A stretch of 63,227 nucleotides of DNA, the filler included, from Chrysochromulina tobinii (taxonomy: Eukaryota): NCBI GenBank assembly GCA_001275005.1. It is 5 parts of 5 records of this genome, joined end to end, with 100 filler letters (N's around TTAATTAATTAA, not from the genome) between each part and the next. Parts side by side here need not be neighbours in the genome. Positions count along the whole stretch, not along the records: positions 1 to 24,114 come from JWZX01001376.1; 4 more parts are not named here. One strand, written 5' to 3'. The stretch's first letter is position 1, and each line of letters begins with the position of its first letter. A program made the translations under genes and the position numbers. The notes beneath the pieces were generated by a model. The model had not been told where the DNA came from, did no database searches, and saw only the letters and a list, made by a program, of their open reading frames with translations. Positions 1 to 10,149 of this stretch are shown piece by piece.

Positions 1-175
1 CAAACCACTTTGGGCTGGTCCGGACCGCTTTTCCAGGTTCAAACCACGAAAACCTGGTCCATCCCTATTTTTTCCCGGTTGCTAAGTCACACCTCATCAT
101 TTTGTGCAGCCAAAGCTTCGGCAGCCTCCATACTGGCCATCCGCCGTTGTACCCAGTGGTCATGTCGCTCGTCCT

Positions 176-1744
176 CGAGCAGGAGAGCCCGCCGGCGCCC
201 CTCTTGGCGTTGGTCCACGGCTTGGGCGCCCATCATGGCGCCCAAGCTCGGAGTCTCAATGCGGCTCTCATCAGGCGGCGCCGCCCATTGCGATTACTGC
301 CATCCTCGCCCTCTGCTCCCAGCCCCATCCCCCGATGCCAGCGAGTATCGTCAAGTTCCTCTTCCTCCGAGAGCTCTCGTTTTTGTTGGCGCTCGGCCGC
401 CGTTCCAGACGAACGGTCGGATTCTACTTTGGTCGTCCAAATAAATTGGCGGGCCGTCGACAGTCGGTGAGAATTGGCCTCTGAGGCGGTGTCGCCGCCG
501 ATCGGCCACATCGTGTCCTGTTTCAGTCCGCCGAATACATGCACGTGCCCAACTCGCCCGAGCAGCCTCTGTGTCGTCAGATGCTTCCTGAGCTGCTTGG
601 CCTTGGAAAAGGCGACGCCACAAGTGCATGCATGTTTCTGATGCTTCGCCTTCTTACCGAGCAGGAGAGCCCGCCGGCGCCCCTCTTGGCGTTGGTCCAC
701 GGCTTGGGCGCCCATCATGGCGCCCATGCTCGGAGTCTCATTGCGGCTCTCATCAGGCGGCGCCGCCCATCGATTACCGCCATCCTCGCCCTCTGCTCCC
801 AGCCCCAACCCCCGATGCTTCCCCCCGCCCCCCGCCGCCGCCAGCGTCGCGGTGCCGCCACCGCCACCGCCGTAGCCTACGGCAGCGATGGGGCTGGCGA
901 TGCCGCCCTCTTGCAGGGGGGTACCCGTGCCGCCCCACCCCATCTGCACGAGTAGCCTGTGCCCAAATCCGGACGCGATCGGCTGCGCAGCGATCGCCGC
1001 CGCCTCCGAGAGCTCTCGTTTTCGTTGGCGCTTGGCCGCGTCAGCCGTTACAGACACCGTTACAGACGCCTCGTCCCGTAGCAATGACGCATCCGAACGG
1101 TCAGCCGTTCCAGACGAACAAGGAGCCGATCGAGACAACGACCGTGCCTTGGTCGGCAGGGATGCGCTGCCGCCAGCGCCCGCGGATGCGGCGGCCACTG
1201 GCGTCGGGCCGCGTGCGCACAGGTCGCGGACTGCCGGCTGCGTCATCTGAGGCCACGGCTGGGGCGGCCACGGCTGGGGCGGCCACGGCTGGTGCGGCCA
1301 TTGCTGATGCGGCCATTGCTGATGCGGCCACGGCTGGTGCGGCCACAACGGCCAGATTTGCTGCGACAGTGGCCAGCCCTGCATCGTCGTTGGAGGCCAG
1401 CTCTGGTGGAGCAGACCAGGGGCGGGTTGGTACAGCGCTGGCTGGTAAGCCGCCGCGGGAGGCATCTGCGACATGCCATACGCGCCCGCTGGCATCTCGC
1501 CACGGTCGGGTTCTACCTTGGTCGTCCAATTAAATTGGTGGGCCGTCGGCAGTCGGTGAGAAGCGGCCTCTGAGGCGGTGTCGCCGCCGATCGGCCACAT
1601 CGTGTCCTGTTTCAGTCCGCCGAACACATGCACGTGCCCAACTCGCCCGAGCAGCCTCTGTGTCGTCAGATGCTTCCTGAGCTGCTTGGCCTTGGAAAAG
1701 GCGACGCCACAAGTGCATGCATATTTCTGATGCTTCGCCTTCTT
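176..1744. repeat. Tandem duplication with internal deletions
   Basis: 176-338 ~ 658-818; ~363-392 ~ 1003-1032; ~398-413 ~ 1104-1119; ~413-655 ~ 1502-1744, all in collinear order. Confidence 0.85.
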
Positions 1745-2773
1745 GCTCCTGAATCGCACGGTAGCCTTCGCCACAAAGTATCCGGCCGGTGGCTGTGAAG
1801 CCGGTGGCTGTGAAGCCAAGAGATGGTGCTGTGCACACGTGGCCGCGCTCTGTGCGACTCGCTGGCTCGGTCTGTGCGGCGCTGGCTCCCTCCGTGCGTG
1901 GCGCTGGGCGGCGGCCTTGTGCGAAGCATAAGCTGCCCGATCGTATCCAGCAAGGCTCCAGCGTGCTCGGCCGCGCCGATCGTCCCGTAGGCGCTCTACC
2001 TGCCCACGCTCCACCAACCGCTCGAGGCACTCGTGCACGGCGCCGGTCGCGTAGTGTCGAGCGGTGGCTTTGCACGCAGCTTTACAAATGTTCTTGGCGA
2101 CGCGCCCTAAGCGCCCTCCAGGGTACCGTCGCAGCTCTCGCAGCACGTTCTCGTCCAGATCGCGGCCCTCGCGCGAGCGGTGAGGATGGGCGAGCTCGCA
2201 CTCGATCAAGTCGCATCGACACAGGTGGGCGGTCCCCAATTGGGAAGAGGCGGTGCGTCCGTGGAAGAAGCTACACGTGGCACGAAAGGCGCAGCCGTCG
2301 CGGAAGCGACACGGCTCTGGATGTCGCGGGCCAACCTCCTCCTCTTCCTCCGCCGCCGCCGCCGCCGCCTCATCCTCCTCGTCGTCCTCCTCCTCTTCGT
2401 CTTCTACTTCCTCAATTTCATCGTCGTCCTCGTCTTCATCGTCCGACAGCGGGTCCGCCGAGTCGCCATCGTCGTCCTCCTCAGCATCTCCGCTCCTGCC
2501 CTCGCACCCATCGGATTCCAATGGCCGCTCTTCTTGTTGATCCCGTGAAGGCTTGTGCTGGGCCCCTGTGAAGGTGGTGCGTTGACGTTCTTTCCACAGT
2601 GGAATTGAACACGTTGACTCTTCTTCGGTCGCATAAAACGTCCAGCGCTCTTCCCCCTCAACTTGGGTGGCCCGCACGATAGCCTCCTCAAGGCGCGGGC
2701 GGGAGTGCAGGGCGGGAGGCTGTGGCTGACAAGTCAAGTCAAGTAGTGAATTCCTAGAATTGACGATCTGCAC
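233..2773 (-). CDS. CCCH + C2H2-like zinc finger and G-patch domain protein (start uncertain; 3' end rearranged)
   Basis: Long ORF with an acidic tract, CRFRDGCAFRATCSFFH (CCCH), two CTCGVAFSKAKQLRKH (C2H2-like) and SGFGHRLLVQMGWGG...GIASPI (G-patch). No in-frame ATG near the 5' end. Confidence 0.6.
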   Translation of the reverse strand: MQIVNSRNSLLDLTCQPQPPALHSRPRLEEAIVRATQVEGEERWTFYATEEESTCSIPLWKERQRTTFTGAQHKPSRDQQEERPLESDGCEGRSGDAEEDDDGDSADPLSDDEDEDDDEIEEVEDEEEEDDEEDEAAAAAAEEEEEVGPRHPEPCRFRDGCAFRATCSFFHGRTASSQLGTAHLCRCDLIECELAHPHRSREGRDLDENVLRELRRYPGGRLGRVAKNICKAACKATARHYATGAVHECLERLVERGQVERLRDDRRGRARWSLAGYDRAAYASHKAAAQRHARREPAPHRPSQRVAQSAATCAQHHLLASQPPASQPPAGYFVAKATVRFRSKKAKHQKYACTCGVAFSKAKQLRKHLTTQRLLGRVGHVHVFGGLKQDTMWPIGGDTASEAASHRLPTAHQFNWTTKVEPDRGEMPAGAYGMSQMPPAAAYQPALYQPAPGLLHQSWPPTTMQGWPLSQQIWPLWPHQPWPHQQWPHQQWPHQPWPPQPWPPQPWPQMTQPAVRDLCARGPTPVAAASAGAGGSASLPTKARSLSRSAPCSSGTADRSDASLLRDEASVTVSVTADAAKRQRKRELSEAAAIAAQPIASGFGHRLLVQMGWGGTGTPLQEGGIASPIAAVGYGGGGGGTATLAAAGGGGKHRGLGLGAEGEDGGNRWAAPPDESRNETPSMGAMMGAQAVDQRQEGRRRALLLGKKAKHQKHACTCGVAFSKAKQLRKHLTTQRLLGRVGHVHVFGGLKQDTMWPIGGDTASEANSHRLSTARQFIWTTKVESDRSSGTAAERQQKRELSEEEELDDTRWHRGMGLGAEGEDGSNRNGRRRLMRAALRLRAWAP

Positions 2774-2901
2774 CAGAGTCGTCGATAAATCATCTTACAT
2801 TTTTGAACAACTTGACCTTTTGATCGGCGTGTTGCTTACATGTACTTAGATTTTGACGAAACCCTCCGTAATTACTGTAATTACTGTGGGTTTTCGTTCC
2901 C

Positions 2902-5900
2902 ATGAAGTGGCGCATGATGGGTGCAACTGAGGTCGCACGCCCGGCGTGCATGCGAGCAATGCTCATCATAGTCGTGTCCATGCCACACATCACTATGGGC
3001 CAAAAAAGCAGTGGGGGCTCGCCAGCACCGGTGCAGATCTGCACGGACGCCTCTTCCTGTGCAACCTCAGACGGTCACTGCGATGACGGCGGACCCGGAT
3101 CTGAGTACAATGCCTGTAACCTCGGCACCGACTGCATCGATTGTGGCCCTCGTATGATTATCTGCACGAATACCTGCGTTACCTCCTCAGACGGCGCCTG
3201 TGACGACGGCGGATCCGGAACCGAATTCACTGCCTGCAGCTTCGGCACTGACTGCACCGATTGCGGGGCTCGCACAGCCCGGCCTTCCCCCCCCCCGATG
3301 CCAGCGCGCCCACCGTGGCCACCCACCACCCCAGACGGCTCCTGTGCCCACCTGACCTTTGACGGAACGTCCGCCTCCGACGTCAGCGTGATGGCGACCG
3401 AGCCGATCTATTCGCAGACGGAAGGTGTCACCTTCGCCTCCTGGGTCAAGCGCACAAACGTCAGCGCGAATGCCGAGCGCATGGACGAGACGATGTTCGA
3501 CTTTGGTGACCAGCTCGAGCTGATTTTCGATGCTTTCCCCAGTTGGGAGAGTAGCGCAGTGTGCTGCTACCCGATGAGGTACAGCTACTATAACGGGTGG
3601 ACACCAGTTCCCCTTGGCGTCAACGTGCCCATGGGGAACGGCACGTTTCTTGCCAACACGTGGGTGCACGTCGCGGTGACCCACACTCTGGCGGACGCCC
3701 CGCAATCGTCACCCTCGCCACCGCGAACACCGCCCTCGGCACTGAGCTGCACGGAGACGTGCTCTTACACCTCAGATGACCACTGCGACGATGGTGGACC
3801 CGGAGCGGAGTTTTCGGGCTGCGGACTTGGCACAGACTGCACCGACTGCGGCTCTCGAGCGTCGACTCCGCCGCCCACGGCAGTGAGGAGCGGCGTCATC
3901 ACCGTCTACTGGGACGGCATCGTCAAGGCGAGAGCCTTCGGGATGCCACTTCCGGTCTCAGTGCCACGCAGCAATCTGTACGTGGGCCACTCGGCATCAA
4001 CCAACCAACCTCGGTTCCAGGGCGCGATGCGCGATTTCCGCGTCTTCAACTATGCCCTCACGAGCGCAGAGCTCGACGGTCTGCGCACCACGGGGGTGTT
4101 GCCGTCGCGCGGGCCACCGATCCTAGTCGCCGGCTGCCCCACACCGCCCTCGCCGCCAGCACCACCCGAACTTCCCACGCCGCCCACACCGCCGCCCTCA
4201 CCGCCACTGCCGCCAGCGCCGCCAGCGCGCCCACCGTGGCCGCCCACCACCCCAGGCGGCTCCTGTGCTGAGCTGAGCTTTGACGGCACATCCGCCTCTG
4301 ATGTGTATGCCGTCGCGACCAAACGAATCGTCTCTCCAAATCAGGGTGTCACGTTCGCCGCCTGGGTCAAGCGCGCAAGGCCGCGCGGGCCGATGAGACG
4401 CGTGTTTGAGCCGATGCTCGATTTTGCCAACGGCGCGCTCCTCAACAGCGTGATGATTGTCTTTGATGCCGACACTACTTCATTTCCTCTTGGGACCTCC
4501 ACCTGCTGCAATCCGATGGCATACTGGGCCTTTGATACTAATGGGATCCCAATCGGCGGCGCTTTGGTACCCGTCATTAGAGTCTTTCCCCACAACACGT
4601 GGGTGCACGTCGCGGTGACACACACTTCGAACGGCGTCATCACCATCTACTGGGACGGCGTCGTCGAGGCGAACTCTTTTCAGCAGCCCCTTCCAGACTC
4701 GGGGCCGCGCTCGGGCCTCTTCGTTGGCCATACACACTCCCGCGACGACCCACTATTTGGCGCCACCCCCCATTTTGAGGGCGCGATGCGCGACCTTAAC
4801 GTCTTCAACTATGCCCTCACGAGCGCAGAGCTCGACGCTCTGCGCACCACGGGGATGCTGCCGTCGCGCGGGGCGCCGATCCTCGTCGCCGGCTGCCCCA
4901 CACCGCCCTCGATGCCGCCCCCTAGCGCTCCCCCGCCGCCCTGGTACGCTCACACCTGCGACAGAGGCTACGAGCACCTTCAATACCCGTCTGGAAGCTG
5001 CAGAGCCTGTGAGCCAGGTTCCTACCAGTCCGAAGTGATTGTTTCCGTAGCGACAGGCACGGCGAGTGGGATCGGCCAGCGCGGTTGGCAGTCGTGCGTC
5101 GAGTGTAATGAAGGCTCCCTGCAACCCTTGGCTGCGCAGGCCACTTGCCTCCCCTGCCCTGCGCAAGGCATCAATTGCGCCCGCCAGGCACACGTGGATG
5201 TGCTGCCGAGCTGGTACCGCCGCACGCCGCTTCACTGGAACGAGAGCATCGTGGCGTTTCGTTGCCCGATGACTTCCACGTGCCTCGGTGGCGAGCAGCC
5301 TGGCAACTACTCGTGCGCGCGGGGCAGCACGGGCGCGCTGTGCGGCATCTGCGAGGACGGGTACCGAAAGGGGCGAGAGCGCTGCGAGATTTGTGCCGAG
5401 GACGTCGAGAGCGTCGCCGTCGTCTTCTCGTCCGTCTACTTTCTGGTCGTGCTCGGTGTGCTCGCATGTGCAGTCGTCTACATCTGCACGTGGCGGGGGA
5501 GGACGGCGTATGTTCGCGTGAGCACCGCTGCTGACGCCGCCGCCGACGGCGACGACGACGACGAAATGGGCGGCGGCAGCGGCGGCGGCGCCAGGTGTCG
5601 CTCGTGTCTGATGGGCCGCCGCCTCAATCGGGTTGGGTGGCTCCTCCGTCGACACAGCACCATCGTCGCCACGTACGCCAAAATCGTCGTGGGCTTCTCT
5701 CAGTGCCTTGGCGCCTTCCGCAGCTTCACGCGTGTGCGTTTACCCGAGCCGTTCGCGACGTTCATCTCGTGGTTGGACGTGCTGAACATCGACTTTGCCC
5801 AGATCCTATCGATTGAGTGTGCCACCGGCCAGCGGCTCGGGTTCGTCTACGAGCTCGGAGGCATCATCATCCAGCCGCTCTTCGGCCTGCTGGGGGTTCT

Positions 5901-8454
5901 CTTGCTTGGTACCTTTGTTTGGCTCTGCCGCCCGCCTGATGGGGAGCGCCGATGCTTCCTGAGCCTTTCTTCGCTGCTCGGTCAGCCCCAGATCACCAAC
6001 CTGCTCTTTTGGGTACTGCTCGTCCTCTACTCGTCGGTCTGCCAGTGCACCGCGTCCGCCTTCGTGTGCCTGCCGTACTACGAGCATTCGCTCCTTGCGC
6101 AGGACGCCTCGATCGTGTGCTACACGTCGCTCGATTGGCAGGTCGGCGCAGGTCTCTCTGTGGCCGCCATGCTCATCTTCTGTGTCGGCCTGCCGATGGG
6201 GCTACTCTTATGGACGCGAAAGTACCGGCAGGGCAGTGCAGTTGAGCAGGAGCGCGTCGCGATCCTGCTGGTGAGCTACCACGACCACGCGTGGTTCTTC
6301 GAGGCGTTCGACCTGCTACGCAAGTGGCTTCTCTCCGCCGTGGTCCTCCTCGTATATCCCAACACCCAGTGGCAGCTCGTCTTTGGCGCCTTCATCACGA
6401 GCGCCGCGGTGGGCGTCAATCTCGTACTTCAGCCATACAAAGAGCGTTTGTGCGGCGTCGCGGCCAGTGCGGCGCTCTTCCAGCTGCAGGCGACTTACAT
6501 CATCGCGCTCGCCTTCTACACTGAAGAGAACGAGTCCGTCCTTACCGACACGGGTGACATTGCCGCGGGCTCCATCCTCGTGCTGATCAACATTGCCTGC
6601 TTCGTCCTCTTTTTGGCGTACCTCGTGCACGCCTCGGCCAACGCCGTCGTCGACGTCGGCTCCATCAGCGCCACTCCCACCACCGTGTGGCCCCTCGGAA
6701 AGGGCGCTGCCGTGGGCTCAATGGCGCTGACCAGGCCGCAGTCCACCACGGCGCAGCTGTCCAAGGCGGAGGCACCAACGGGCAGCCAGTACGCGTGCTT
6801 CCTCTCGCACTACAAGCAAGAGGCAGGCAGCGACGCGCGATACCTGGCCGACATCATGACGCGCATGCTGGGCGGCACTCCCGTCTTTCTCGACAGCTCG
6901 GCGCTCTCGGATCTGCGAACCCTCTTCACGCACGGCGTGCACCGCTCCGATGCCCTAGTGCTGCTTGCGACGGAGCACGTTCTGCTGCGCTCCTGGTGCC
7001 TGATCGAGATCTTCGAGGCCGTGATGCAGAAGAAGCCGGTGCTGTACATGGCCATCGCTGGCAAAGGCTTCACCATTCAAAAGGCGCGCACCCTGCTCTC
7101 AAGGTTTGAGGACGAGCTTGCGGATCACTCGCCCTCAACGGCGGCGGAGCTGCTCGAGTACTTTGCGTCGGCCTCGAGCGTCGAGCGGAACGGCAAGGTC
7201 TCGATTGGCATGCTAGCGAATACCGTGCTCTCTTCGCTGCCAACGTCCGAGCATGCAATGTTCACGCTCAACCTGCACCTCACGGACAACCGCATTGCGG
7301 CCGACGTGATCGATTTGATCGAGGCCATGGCCGAGCGTACCGGTAGGAAGCTCCTGTGGAAGAATCGCGTGCCGCTCGACACAGGCCGCTCGAGTTTGGC
7401 CCCGGGGGGCTTGCACGCGAGCGGCGTACGCAACTCTCATGAGCATACGATGGTGCCGTCCACAAGAGGTGGGCGAGGGCGGGCCGAGGCGCCACACAAA
7501 TGGTTCTTGTGCCACCACCGTGAGAAGGCGATGGTGCACGCACGCTCGATGCATTCATGGCTGAGCTCCCTTCTGCACGAGCCGACGTTCCTCAACGATG
7601 CTTCCTTGGAGCCAGCTCAGATCGACTCCGACGTCCGATTGGCTGCTCAGCCAAATTCTGAGCAGCTGCTCCGCGTGGCGCTCGAAGAGGTGCGCGCGGC
7701 CAAGGCTGTGCTCCTCTTCCTCACGGAGGGCTGCCTGCTGCGTCCATGGCTGCTCCTCGAGTGCTACGTGGCCTGCGTGCACGGGGTGCCTCTAGTGCCG
7801 CTGATGGTCACGGGCGGCCAGTACGACTACGCAGCCGCGCGCCAGACGCTCGCCAATCTGCGCCAGACACTCGACGAGCAGAACCCCGGCGCATCGGCAG
7901 TCCTCGAGGTGGCGCTCGAGACCATGGGCGCGTCCTTGGATGATCTTCAGGAAAAGCTTCACGGGACCATCCCCCACCTGATCGCGCTGCCCTTCTCACC
8001 CAATGACACGGCCAACGCCATGCTCGCCCTCGTCCAAGATATTGTGGAGCGTGTATCCAAGGCTGGGGCTGGTGGCGCTTCCGCCCCCCCGAAGTTGCCG
8101 CCGCCCAAAGCATCCCCAGCAGCTCGCTCCTTTCGTCTTGAGATCAGGAAACGAGGTAGCAGACGCAGTGGCGCCAAAAGTGAGGCTTTGGCCAACAGTG
8201 TGACTATGGCCAACAGTGAGGCTATGGCAAGCAGTGAGGCCATGGCAAGCAGTGAGGCCATGGCAAGCACCAGTCCGGCAAAGGAGGCGAGCTCAGACAG
8301 GAACAAGGGCTCCGCGGAAGGCGCAAAGAGCGCGAAGACAATGCCCGGGATCGAACTTGACTCGCAGGTGGAGTCGGCGGAGGAGGTGCATGAGGCTCAA
8401 CGCATGGCGCGCGAGAAGTCGTCCGACCCTGCGATTTCTGACGAGGTGGTTTAG
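2902..8454 (+). CDS. Multipass membrane receptor: Cys-rich CDDGG modules, 2x LamG/pentraxin-like, Pro-rich stalk, GCC2/GCC3-like Cys region, ~9 TM TRP/FLC-like domain, 2x TIR
   Basis: 1850-aa intronless ORF with a hydrophobic N-terminus. Contains CDDGGxGxE..C.LGTDC.DCG x3; TFAxWVK...WVHVAVT...YWDG...F.G.MRD..VFNYAL x2; Y..AWFFEAFDLLRK...QPY TM motif; FLSHYKQEAGSDAR...VFLDS...SWCLIE; and FLCH...RPWLLLE. Confidence 0.85.
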   Translation: MKWRMMGATEVARPACMRAMLIIVVSMPHITMGQKSSGGSPAPVQICTDASSCATSDGHCDDGGPGSEYNACNLGTDCIDCGPRMIICTNTCVTSSDGACDDGGSGTEFTACSFGTDCTDCGARTARPSPPPMPARPPWPPTTPDGSCAHLTFDGTSASDVSVMATEPIYSQTEGVTFASWVKRTNVSANAERMDETMFDFGDQLELIFDAFPSWESSAVCCYPMRYSYYNGWTPVPLGVNVPMGNGTFLANTWVHVAVTHTLADAPQSSPSPPRTPPSALSCTETCSYTSDDHCDDGGPGAEFSGCGLGTDCTDCGSRASTPPPTAVRSGVITVYWDGIVKARAFGMPLPVSVPRSNLYVGHSASTNQPRFQGAMRDFRVFNYALTSAELDGLRTTGVLPSRGPPILVAGCPTPPSPPAPPELPTPPTPPPSPPLPPAPPARPPWPPTTPGGSCAELSFDGTSASDVYAVATKRIVSPNQGVTFAAWVKRARPRGPMRRVFEPMLDFANGALLNSVMIVFDADTTSFPLGTSTCCNPMAYWAFDTNGIPIGGALVPVIRVFPHNTWVHVAVTHTSNGVITIYWDGVVEANSFQQPLPDSGPRSGLFVGHTHSRDDPLFGATPHFEGAMRDLNVFNYALTSAELDALRTTGMLPSRGAPILVAGCPTPPSMPPPSAPPPPWYAHTCDRGYEHLQYPSGSCRACEPGSYQSEVIVSVATGTASGIGQRGWQSCVECNEGSLQPLAAQATCLPCPAQGINCARQAHVDVLPSWYRRTPLHWNESIVAFRCPMTSTCLGGEQPGNYSCARGSTGALCGICEDGYRKGRERCEICAEDVESVAVVFSSVYFLVVLGVLACAVVYICTWRGRTAYVRVSTAADAAADGDDDDEMGGGSGGGARCRSCLMGRRLNRVGWLLRRHSTIVATYAKIVVGFSQCLGAFRSFTRVRLPEPFATFISWLDVLNIDFAQILSIECATGQRLGFVYELGGIIIQPLFGLLGVLLLGTFVWLCRPPDGERRCFLSLSSLLGQPQITNLLFWVLLVLYSSVCQCTASAFVCLPYYEHSLLAQDASIVCYTSLDWQVGAGLSVAAMLIFCVGLPMGLLLWTRKYRQGSAVEQERVAILLVSYHDHAWFFEAFDLLRKWLLSAVVLLVYPNTQWQLVFGAFITSAAVGVNLVLQPYKERLCGVAASAALFQLQATYIIALAFYTEENESVLTDTGDIAAGSILVLINIACFVLFLAYLVHASANAVVDVGSISATPTTVWPLGKGAAVGSMALTRPQSTTAQLSKAEAPTGSQYACFLSHYKQEAGSDARYLADIMTRMLGGTPVFLDSSALSDLRTLFTHGVHRSDALVLLATEHVLLRSWCLIEIFEAVMQKKPVLYMAIAGKGFTIQKARTLLSRFEDELADHSPSTAAELLEYFASASSVERNGKVSIGMLANTVLSSLPTSEHAMFTLNLHLTDNRIAADVIDLIEAMAERTGRKLLWKNRVPLDTGRSSLAPGGLHASGVRNSHEHTMVPSTRGGRGRAEAPHKWFLCHHREKAMVHARSMHSWLSSLLHEPTFLNDASLEPAQIDSDVRLAAQPNSEQLLRVALEEVRAAKAVLLFLTEGCLLRPWLLLECYVACVHGVPLVPLMVTGGQYDYAAARQTLANLRQTLDEQNPGASAVLEVALETMGASLDDLQEKLHGTIPHLIALPFSPNDTANAMLALVQDIVERVSKAGAGGASAPPKLPPPKASPAARSFRLEIRKRGSRRSGAKSEALANSVTMANSEAMASSEAMASSEAMASTSPAKEASSDRNKGSAEGAKSAKTMPGIELDSQVESAEEVHEAQRMAREKSSDPAISDEVV

Positions 8455-8784
8455 TTGTCTTCAGGGGCGAGCGATGGAAAAGGGCGGTAGAGCGCTCGCT
8501 CCGGTTCCTGGGACGCGCACGCAGAGGCGGTCGTGAGCATGCATGCACATTTCGTCCTGAACTGATTAAGAGCTCCGCATCAAAGGCGTCCTCGTGTGTG
8601 CGCGGTGCACGGCAGGAACTTACTTCGCATGTACTCGAGTAGCGGTCTGAAGGTGTCGAGTCGAGTGGGGCATAACCGCACGCGACCGAGAATCACGCCA
8701 CAAACTGCGATCAAGAACATATACAATTCGAACATGACCCGGACGGGACAATACAACCGCACCAAAGCTGTCGTTAGGCGTGTT

Positions 8785-10065
8785 TCACTTACTTACATTA
8801 CTACACCCGAGGGTGCCCGGCACCTCCAAGCCACCAGGTGGAGCGGTCCCGAGCACCCGATGCAGGAGCACATCGAGCGCGCCGCGGTTGCGCAGATCGC
8901 CCACAAGCATGTGTCCGCAATGCGGGTGCACGTCCATGGAGCACGCCGCCCCATGTCCCGACCTTGCCAGCGCCTCACAGAGCAGCTTCGCCTCCCGCAC
9001 GTCGCCTGCCGCGCCCGAGCCCACGTGCACCTCGATGCGTGGGCACCTTTCGGCAGCGCGCCCCACGGCGCCCATCTTGGTACCCAACATGGCGCACCCA
9101 ACGGCAGCGACCTCGGCTGCCTCTCCGTCAGCGCTGACTGCGCCCAACACGGCGCTGCTCCCGAGCAGCGCGTCGATGGCGGAGGGCAGCCGCGTCATCC
9201 CTCGCTGAGCGCAGCCTGCCTGTACGCGGCTGAGGTCGGCATCGAAGGAGCTCGGCGGCAGCGCCAGCCGCGATCGCTCCTCGCGATCGATGAAGACCTG
9301 CGGCGAGAAGGCGACCACCGAATCTGCCCGGAGTGCAATGCCCGCACGGATGGCGGCGTAACCTCCCATCGAAGCCCCCACCACGACGACGCGCGCCGGC
9401 CGGAGCGCTGCTACCTCGCGCTCGACCGCATCGACCACTGAATCGAAGCCCTCGCGCCCGGAGAGCGCCGCGCCTCCATGCTCGCCGAGCCCGAGGAGGT
9501 ACCTGTGGGGAGAGGGGCGTTGTAGTGAGCACTTGCATGCAGGCCGAGAGGTTCGTACACGGAGTCGAAGACGTACCAGGAGCGCCGCGCATCACGTACG
9601 AAGAGCGCGTGGCTCGCGCCGCACCGCCGGCACGCGCCGACAAACTCATGGCGCGCCACGCCGGCCGTGCCGCCACCCAGGGCTGCGAAGGCCACCACGA
9701 GCGTGCCGCACGGCGCCGCCGTGTCATACATCCGCAGCAGCGCATTCGGGTCGACGTTAGCGTGCACAGCCGCGGCGAAGCCGCCGGTCGGATTTCCAGC
9801 GCCAGTCTGTGCAGGCGCCGCCCCCTTTTCAGGCGCGGGCAGCGGCGTCGGCGGCGGCTGTCCCTCGTGACCTGGCGCGCGGCGGGCTTCAAACTCGACT
9901 ATGACCAGCTTATGGTCCGTGGCGGTGGTGGCCACATGCGCGCAGCTCCGCAGCCTCCAATTCCGGCTGAACGACTCGTCCGCGTACACGTAGTCGATGC
10001 GTGTGTCGAAGCGGCACGTACCCACCAACGACCCGTCCCGAGCGGCAGCAGCGCCGCCTGCGCTC

Positions 10066-10149
<84 letters not shown>

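Noticed and set aside
1..70. Short inverted repeats at the window start as a MITE end
   Set aside because: Too short, and no partner in the window.
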